Shown one piece after another: positions 26,585 to 32,000 of a stretch of 32,000 bases of DNA. A program made the translations under genes and the position numbers. The stretch's first letter is position 1. Each line of letters begins with the position of its first letter. Source of the DNA: Candidatus Omnitrophota bacterium (GTDB lineage Bacteria; Omnitrophota; Gorgyraeia; Zapsychrales; JANLHA01); NCBI GenBank assembly GCA_963662715.1, contig OY759724.1:180001-212000 (forward strand). The letters are read 5' to 3'. Under the pieces are notes generated by a model. It was given only the letters and a program-made list of their open reading frames with translations, was not told the DNA's origin and made no database searches.

Positions 26585-26986
26585 ATGAAATCTTTCCAAA
26601 TACAATCTCAATCCCGGGAAGAAGTGATTGATCTCACGCCATTACTCCAAAACTACGTCCGGGAACAAGGCTATATTTCCGGAGCCCTGGTGGTTTATTC
26701 TCCGCATACAACAGCTGCCGTTAGTGTCAATGAAAATGCCGACCCGGCTGTCAAAAAAGATTTGTTGTTTTTCCTGAAAAAAACAATCCCGGCTGATGCC
26801 AATTTCCAACATAGCGAAGGGAATTCTGACGCCCACATCAAGGGAAGTCTTGTCAATTTTTCTCAAACATTCATCATTGAAAACAACCGCATCATGTTAG
26901 GGACCTGGCAAGGCATCTTTTTTCTGGAATTTGACGGCCCGCGCTCCCGCGAAGTTTGGGTCAAATTTATTCCCGTATCCAGATAA
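26585..26986 (+). CDS. yjbQ: YjbQ/UPF0047 family protein (secondary thiamine-phosphate synthase-like)
   Basis: 133 aa: ...EVIDLTPLLQ..V...GISGALVVYSPHTTAAVSVNENADP.V..D......IP....F.H.EGNSDAHIKGSL... This is the typical UPF0047 signature. It is the only plus-strand gene. Confidence 0.85.
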   Translation: MKSFQIQSQSREEVIDLTPLLQNYVREQGYISGALVVYSPHTTAAVSVNENADPAVKKDLLFFLKKTIPADANFQHSEGNSDAHIKGSLVNFSQTFIIENNRIMLGTWQGIFFLEFDGPRSREVWVKFIPVSR

Positions 26987-27010
26987 CCAGTGTAACCTTA
27001 TTCTGTCACA

Positions 27011-27196
27011 TCATTCTACTTTAATAGCCTCAACAGGGCAGTCTTCAGCAGCTTGGCGACAAGCGTCTTCCAAATCCGCAGCAACACTGTCTGCGCTGGC
27101 TACAGCAATGCCGTCGGCCATGGAGAAAACCTGCTCGCAGGTTTGAACGCATAGTTCACACCCTGTACACAATTCTTTATCCACCGTCGCTTTCAT
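27011..27196 (-). CDS. Small single-cluster ferredoxin ([4Fe-4S]/[3Fe-4S], Desulfovibrio gigas Fd-like layout)
   Basis: 61 aa with CTGCELCVQTC ... C ... CPVEAI, that is CxxCxxC plus a distal CP and two extra Cys. AAGGAGGG SD present. Confidence 0.85.
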   Translation of the reverse strand: MKATVDKELCTGCELCVQTCEQVFSMADGIAVASADSVAADLEDACRQAAEDCPVEAIKVE

Positions 27197-27228
27197 AAAT
27201 CCCTCCTTTTCAGCAACTTGTTATAAAC

Positions 27229-27624
27229 TTATTCCACCTGTAATGATTTTGAATTCTGCCACAAACCGTGGATATTACAATACCCGGCAGCTATCAATGT
27301 CCCGGATTTCTCCGTCTTAAAGCTCAACTGAACTTCATATTGAGTATAAACAGTACTGGTATCCGCCCCGTCCTTTGAAGCCCCATGGGCCGAAAATTCC
27401 GTCCGGCTGATTTCATAAGGGAATTTCTCCCCCTCAGGCTGAAAATAAACATTAACCCAGCTGATATGATGGGCTGTGGTATTGGGATGCGGGATTCCCT
27501 TGCCAATGCTGATCACAACTTTAACATCTTCCCCTTTTTGAATTTTATCCGGGGCGTCAATAACCGGGACATGCTTTTCCGCTTTCCAATCTGCTGATTG
27601 AAATAGATCTTTCATTTCAGGCAT
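27229..27624 (-). CDS. Superoxide reductase, 1Fe class (neelaredoxin-type; no N-terminal desulforedoxin domain)
   Basis: 131 aa with AEKHVPVI, GIPHPNTTAHHISW and GYCNIHGLW (the His4-Cys iron ligand pattern). GAAGGAGGAAGG SD present. Confidence 0.9.
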   Translation of the reverse strand: MPEMKDLFQSADWKAEKHVPVIDAPDKIQKGEDVKVVISIGKGIPHPNTTAHHISWVNVYFQPEGEKFPYEISRTEFSAHGASKDGADTSTVYTQYEVQLSFKTEKSGTLIAAGYCNIHGLWQNSKSLQVE

Positions 27625-27714
27625 GGCCTTCCTCCTTCATAATAAACCGTTTCTTTTTGGGATTAAAGATCCTCCTCTTTCATATACTCTTTCAACATTC
27701 CAATACAACAAGAT

Positions 27715-27743
27715 AATATACACCATTTCACAACGCTTGTCTA
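27715..27743 (-). promoter_or_regulatory. Candidate sigma70 promoter for the SOR-ferredoxin operon
   Basis: On the minus strand: TAGACA (27743-27738), a 17-nt spacer, then TATATT (27720-27715). It implies a leader of about 85 nt. Confidence 0.45.
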
Positions 27744-27783
27744 ACTCCTATTCCGCATAAAGCCCCTCGCAAAAACATGTTCG

Positions 27784-30036
27784 TTAAGGCATGGCATCTG
27801 TTCCTTCCCCGGCCGGGGACGAAAGATGACAGCCGTCTTCCTGCTGGATACAACTCTTCAGTTCTGCGATCCGCAGCCGGGGAACGGGTTGGCCCAGGTT
27901 CCTGGCAATAAAGGCATCCACTAAAGCTCTTTTATACTGCCCCTGACCGGCAAAAATACCGGAGCGTTTGACATAAAGATCTCCACGGAGAGGATAAAAT
28001 TTAATCAGTGTATGACAGGTATCGAGAGCGGCCTTAAAATCTTCAGCAAGACAATAAATCTCCGCTATTTGCCGCAAGGCCTCATAAGAACGGGGACGCT
28101 GCCGCAGGACATTCTGAAAATCCGCCAAGGCTTTTTCCTCCTGACCTAAATGACGGTAGGTTAAACCTCTTTGCATGAGAGCCGCAATACGCCGGGGAGA
28201 CAATTGAAGAATTTTGTTATAATCCTGCAAAGCCAGCTCATATTGTTTCTGCTCAAAATGAATATTCGCCCGTATGAAATAGGCTTCGTTTAAATCCGCA
28301 GCCAAACGGAGAGCCTGAGTGATGTCCTTAAAAGCCAAATCATATTTTTTTAAAGCAAAAAAAGCCCGGGCCCGGTTGTGAAAAGCCAAAGCATAATCCG
28401 GACGGATCGCTAAGGCCGCAGTGAAATCTTTGACGGCAAGCTCATGGAATCCGCTTTTGCCGTACATATTGCCTCTTAATAACAACAAAATATGATCCCG
28501 GGGCCTCAGAGCCACAGCCTTATGGATATCCGCAAGAGCTGAATCTGTTTTTCCCAAATCAGAATAAATCTGGCTGCGGATAACGCGCGCCGCCACATAA
28601 TCAGGGTTCATGTGCAGAGCCTTCGTAACAGCTTTCAAAGCACCCGGGTACTTATGCGTTCTTGCCAACTCCCGGCTTTGTTCAACTAAGGAATGTGTTC
28701 TTTTATGAAAAATTTCTCCGGCCGTACGATAATCCCGGTCAGCCCAATCCATTTGCCCCTGGTCAATATAGGCATTAGCCCGGTTCACGTAAGCAAGCAC
28801 AACCTCGGGATTATGCCGGATCACGTGACTCCAGAGACGGACACTGTTCTGCCAAACCAAACACTGCCGGCGGGTCTGTCCGGCCAACAGGATGGACATC
28901 ATCCCCAAAACAACAAAAAAAAGCCGCCCCGTGCGCGGATGACCGCGGGAGATTTTTTCTATTAGAAAATCCACGCCCCAGCCGGCCAGCAGACAAAATC
29001 CGAAGATGGGCAAATATGCATACCGGTCGGCCACAGGATTATCTCCGGCGGCGGTGATATCGTACCTCAGCAGGAAAAAGACTGAGAGGAAATAATAGAA
29101 AAACGCAAAAAGGAATATTCGCTTCTGCCGCCACAGCCAGAGGCTGCACGCCAAAAGCACAAGCAATAACACAGATAAAAGATAAGGGAAATTCAAGACA
29201 TGGATAGGCTCCGGCATCTGATAAATTAACAGGAATTCAAAAGGGAGGAAAAACTGGCGTATATAAAAAATCAGGCTCCATATCCAGATCAGCAGACCTT
29301 CCTGAACAGTCCCCTGCATTGTCCTTATATTCAAAGAAAGTGTCACCCAGGCCAAAGGAAGAATATAAAGAGCATAAAGACTTTTTTCAAAGAAGACAGC
29401 GGAGCTCCATCTTCTTTGCTTAAACCAGTCGATCAAAAGCAATATCAACGGCAGACTTAACGCCATGGGTTTTGCCAGTATGCTGAAAAAACCCAGCCCC
29501 AGGGATGAAACCAGGTATTTTCTTTTCATCGTGTCCGCATACAATATGTACTGATAAACGGAAAGAGCATAAAAAAATGCATACAAAACATCTTTCCTCG
29601 CCGAGCTCCAGGCCACGGGTTCGACATGCATGGGATGCAGGCCGAAAAGCAACGATGTTAGAGCCGCCGTCCGGAAGTTAAACCCCAGCTGCATGACAAT
29701 AAGGCCGATGATTCCGCTTACCGCGATATGCAGCATGAGATTGTCCCAGTGATAAATCCCCGGATGCGTCCCCCAAAGATTATATTCCATGTTGAAAGAC
29801 AGAAGTGTCAAAGGGATATAGACATCCTGAACAATACCCCGGAAGAAAATGTTTTTTAAAGTGGAGAGGTTCAGCGGGCCCACAAAATCGGGGTTCTTGA
29901 GATGAAAGCCGTCGTCCCAGTTCAAAAATTCCCCGTTTAAGACCGGATAAAAAACGGCCAAAATAATGACGGCAAGAGAAAGAAAACCCAGCAGATTCTT
30001 TAGTTCCGGCCTCTGTGTTTTTAATTTCCAAAACAT
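27784..30036 (-). CDS. TMTC-like membrane protein: N-terminal GT-C-type polytopic domain fused to a C-terminal TPR array
   Basis: 750 aa. The first loop carries NGEFLNWDDGFHLKNP (a DD motif after TM1, as in GT-C glycosyltransferases). About 10-11 TM helices run to roughly residue 390, followed by about 9 TPR-like 34-aa units (..A...Y..AL.L.P....A...R...). Confidence 0.8.
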   Translation of the reverse strand: MFWKLKTQRPELKNLLGFLSLAVIILAVFYPVLNGEFLNWDDGFHLKNPDFVGPLNLSTLKNIFFRGIVQDVYIPLTLLSFNMEYNLWGTHPGIYHWDNLMLHIAVSGIIGLIVMQLGFNFRTAALTSLLFGLHPMHVEPVAWSSARKDVLYAFFYALSVYQYILYADTMKRKYLVSSLGLGFFSILAKPMALSLPLILLLIDWFKQRRWSSAVFFEKSLYALYILPLAWVTLSLNIRTMQGTVQEGLLIWIWSLIFYIRQFFLPFEFLLIYQMPEPIHVLNFPYLLSVLLLVLLACSLWLWRQKRIFLFAFFYYFLSVFFLLRYDITAAGDNPVADRYAYLPIFGFCLLAGWGVDFLIEKISRGHPRTGRLFFVVLGMMSILLAGQTRRQCLVWQNSVRLWSHVIRHNPEVVLAYVNRANAYIDQGQMDWADRDYRTAGEIFHKRTHSLVEQSRELARTHKYPGALKAVTKALHMNPDYVAARVIRSQIYSDLGKTDSALADIHKAVALRPRDHILLLLRGNMYGKSGFHELAVKDFTAALAIRPDYALAFHNRARAFFALKKYDLAFKDITQALRLAADLNEAYFIRANIHFEQKQYELALQDYNKILQLSPRRIAALMQRGLTYRHLGQEEKALADFQNVLRQRPRSYEALRQIAEIYCLAEDFKAALDTCHTLIKFYPLRGDLYVKRSGIFAGQGQYKRALVDAFIARNLGQPVPRLRIAELKSCIQQEDGCHLSSPAGEGTDAMP

Positions 30037-30110
30037 TAAACGGACCCGGCTTCTACATTAATCCTGACGCGAACCGAAAAACAATCTTCTTTAAAAGTCA
30101 TCTCGGACAA

Positions 30111-32000
30111 CTAACATCTTAACTGCCGCTCAGAATCCACGACATCCCGGTCGATCATGCGTATCAGTTTTGTGATATATTTCTTGGTTTCGTCTGATAA
30201 CGGAGTTTCCTGCAGTTCCCGCAAGACCTGCAGAACCATCCGGAAATAACGGACGACCTCCCCTTCATCGGCATCCGAGGATTGCAGAATCTGATCAAAA
30301 TCCTCGCCCCGGATCCACCCGTCCATCGCAGCAGCCAAATGAAAGCAACAGATTTTACTTAAGGGCCGGATATCAGATCTTTTTTCAATTTTATGAATCA
30401 TCCTGACCGCCTCCGAAGTGATCTGTTCCAGGACTTTTATCTGTCCGCGCAGTTTGGGCTTCCGGGCGCCTTTACGCGGTTCATAAACAACAGCCGCGCA
30501 AAGCACACCCAGTTCTAAAAGAGACAATTTATCAAAAATCCCCCAGGAAAACAGTTCGGATAATATCAGCTCGTACCCGTAGACCCGGCTGGCAAAGAAT
30601 CCTTTCTCCGTCAAATTCTTTCCTTGAATATATTTCATGTCTTTCAATACTTTGACTTTCCTCTGCAAAAGACGAATGGCTTTGTTCCGGCTGTATTTCT
30701 TCTCCTGATAATAATGCAGAGACTGCGGATAAATATCATATAAATTGTCCTGATACTGCTGGTACAGGTTCAGGATGGTGGCATAGGACAGATTAAACCT
30801 GGAGAGGACCATCTCCGGCGTCTGATGAATGACATTGTACAAACTTTTGGAAGAAATCTTATGCGGATTGACCCGGCAAAAAACAAACCCTTCCTGGTCA
30901 ATGGACCTCCTGCCCGCCCGCCCGGCCATCTGATAAAAATCCCTGGTCTTCATCGTGCTGAAGGAACGGCCGTAAAATTTTCTCAACTCGTCAAAAACAA
31001 CCGCTTTGGCCGGCATATTGATGCCCAGGGCGAAAGTTTCCGTCGTAAAAATGACCTTTATAAGCCGGCTGGTAAACAGACGCTCAACGACTTCCTTTAA
31101 CGTCGGCAGCATCCCCGCATGATGATAGGCGACGCCTCTTTCGACAAAAGGCAGTAAACGGGCCGCACTGGCTTCAGACGTCAAATCATAACGCTCGCAT
31201 AACTCTTCGTACATCGTGCGGACGGCCTTGCGCTCCTCAGGGGCAAGAAAGCTGAAATGCCGGATATCCTCCGCTAAATATTCTGTCCTTTTACGGCTGA
31301 AAACAAAATAAATGCAGGGCAGCATGCGGCATTTCTGCAAATATTTAAAAAGCGTCGATATGCGGTTGGGCCTTATGTCAACGGGAACGGCATCGAAACG
31401 AGCCGCAGGGGGCCGCATGTTTTTATAGCCTTTATGAACCAGGCTCCGGAAATCGCTATAAATTTCATTCTGACACTGATAATAAAAATGCAGCGGCACC
31501 GGCCGGTTCTGTTCCTGAATAATTTTTATAGGATTCTTATGCACAAATTCCAGCCATTTCCCAAGCTGTTCAATATTGGGAACCGTAGCGGAAAGCCCCA
31601 GGATGTTCATGTGATCGGGCAGCAGGATAAGAGCTTCCTCCCAGACGGTCCCGCGTTCAAAATCATCCAAATAATGGATTTCGTCAAAAATAATCCAGGA
31701 ATAATCCTGCAGGTCCTCCTTATCCTCAATAATCTTATTCCGGAATATCTCCGTGGTCATAATCAGAGCCGGAGCATGTGGATTGATGCTCACATCTCCG
31801 GTTAAAATTCCTACGGAGTCCGGGAAAATCGCCTGAAAATCGCGGTACTTCTGATTGGATAAAGCCTTGATAGGAGCGGTGTAAACAACCTTACGACCCT
31901 GCTGAAGGGATGTCAAAATGACATGTTCGGCGATAACTGTCTTCCCCGCCCCGGTCGGAGCCGAGACTAAGACAGAGTATCCCTCATCGATATAGGAAAT
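30111..32000 (-). CDS. Ski2-like (HelY/DSHCT-type) superfamily-2 DExH RNA helicase; the 5' end runs off the right edge
   Basis: The ORF track starts at an internal TTG (31916), but the frame stays open to position 32000. The extra residues include Walker A (VSAPTGAGKTVIAEH). Downstream motifs: FDEIHYL (DEIH box), LSATVPN, HHAGMLP, TETFALGINMPA, QMAGRAGRR. The C-terminal region resembles a DSHCT domain. Confidence 0.85.
   Translation of the reverse strand: MSYIDEGYSVLVSAPTGAGKTVIAEHVILTSLQQGRKVVYTAPIKALSNQKYRDFQAIFPDSVGILTGDVSINPHAPALIMTTEIFRNKIIEDKEDLQDYSWIIFDEIHYLDDFERGTVWEEALILLPDHMNILGLSATVPNIEQLGKWLEFVHKNPIKIIQEQNRPVPLHFYYQCQNEIYSDFRSLVHKGYKNMRPPAARFDAVPVDIRPNRISTLFKYLQKCRMLPCIYFVFSRKRTEYLAEDIRHFSFLAPEERKAVRTMYEELCERYDLTSEASAARLLPFVERGVAYHHAGMLPTLKEVVERLFTSRLIKVIFTTETFALGINMPAKAVVFDELRKFYGRSFSTMKTRDFYQMAGRAGRRSIDQEGFVFCRVNPHKISSKSLYNVIHQTPEMVLSRFNLSYATILNLYQQYQDNLYDIYPQSLHYYQEKKYSRNKAIRLLQRKVKVLKDMKYIQGKNLTEKGFFASRVYGYELILSELFSWGIFDKLSLLELGVLCAAVVYEPRKGARKPKLRGQIKVLEQITSEAVRMIHKIEKRSDIRPLSKICCFHLAAAMDGWIRGEDFDQILQSSDADEGEVVRYFRMVLQVLRELQETPLSDETKKYITKLIRMIDRDVVDSERQLRC

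Overview
This is a gene-dense chromosomal segment with 28 protein genes, 27 of them on the minus strand; only the yjbQ-like gene is on the plus strand. The gene content suggests an anaerobic bacterium: ADP-forming acetyl-CoA synthetase, flavodiiron protein, 1Fe superoxide reductase with a small ferredoxin, and MetY/CysK direct sulfhydrylation. I saw no rRNA, tRNA, CRISPR array, transposase, integrase or prophage. The ORF track misses both edge genes in full: the acetate-CoA ligase at 1-2085 is absent and the Ski2-like helicase really runs to 32000. It also over-extends several N-termini across terminators or hairpins. Identifiable blocks from right to left are as follows. (1) Ski2-like helicase and a TMTC-like TPR membrane glycosyltransferase. 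(2) SOR-ferredoxin. (3) yjbQ. (4) A dCache-HAMP-PAS hybrid kinase. (5) An HTH protein translationally coupled to NfeD-SPFH. (6) An FmdB-like, Nudix, RtcB and archease operon. (7) A secreted MORN-repeat protein followed by a kinase and receiver cluster with four receiver domains and no output domain. (8) Flavodiiron protein and IlvD. (9) An Rrf2-MetY-CysK operon with a palindromic operator candidate. (10) VOC and AhpD-like genes, a DUF2339-like giant membrane protein, MscS and the acetate-CoA ligase. The best candidates for undescribed biology are the HTH-NfeD-SPFH module, which carries an intragenic perfect 12-bp palindrome, the Nudix/RtcB/archease operon led by a cysteine-poor FmdB-like mini-protein, and the output-less MORN/phosphorelay locus. 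All family assignments come from motif recognition by eye; no searches were run.
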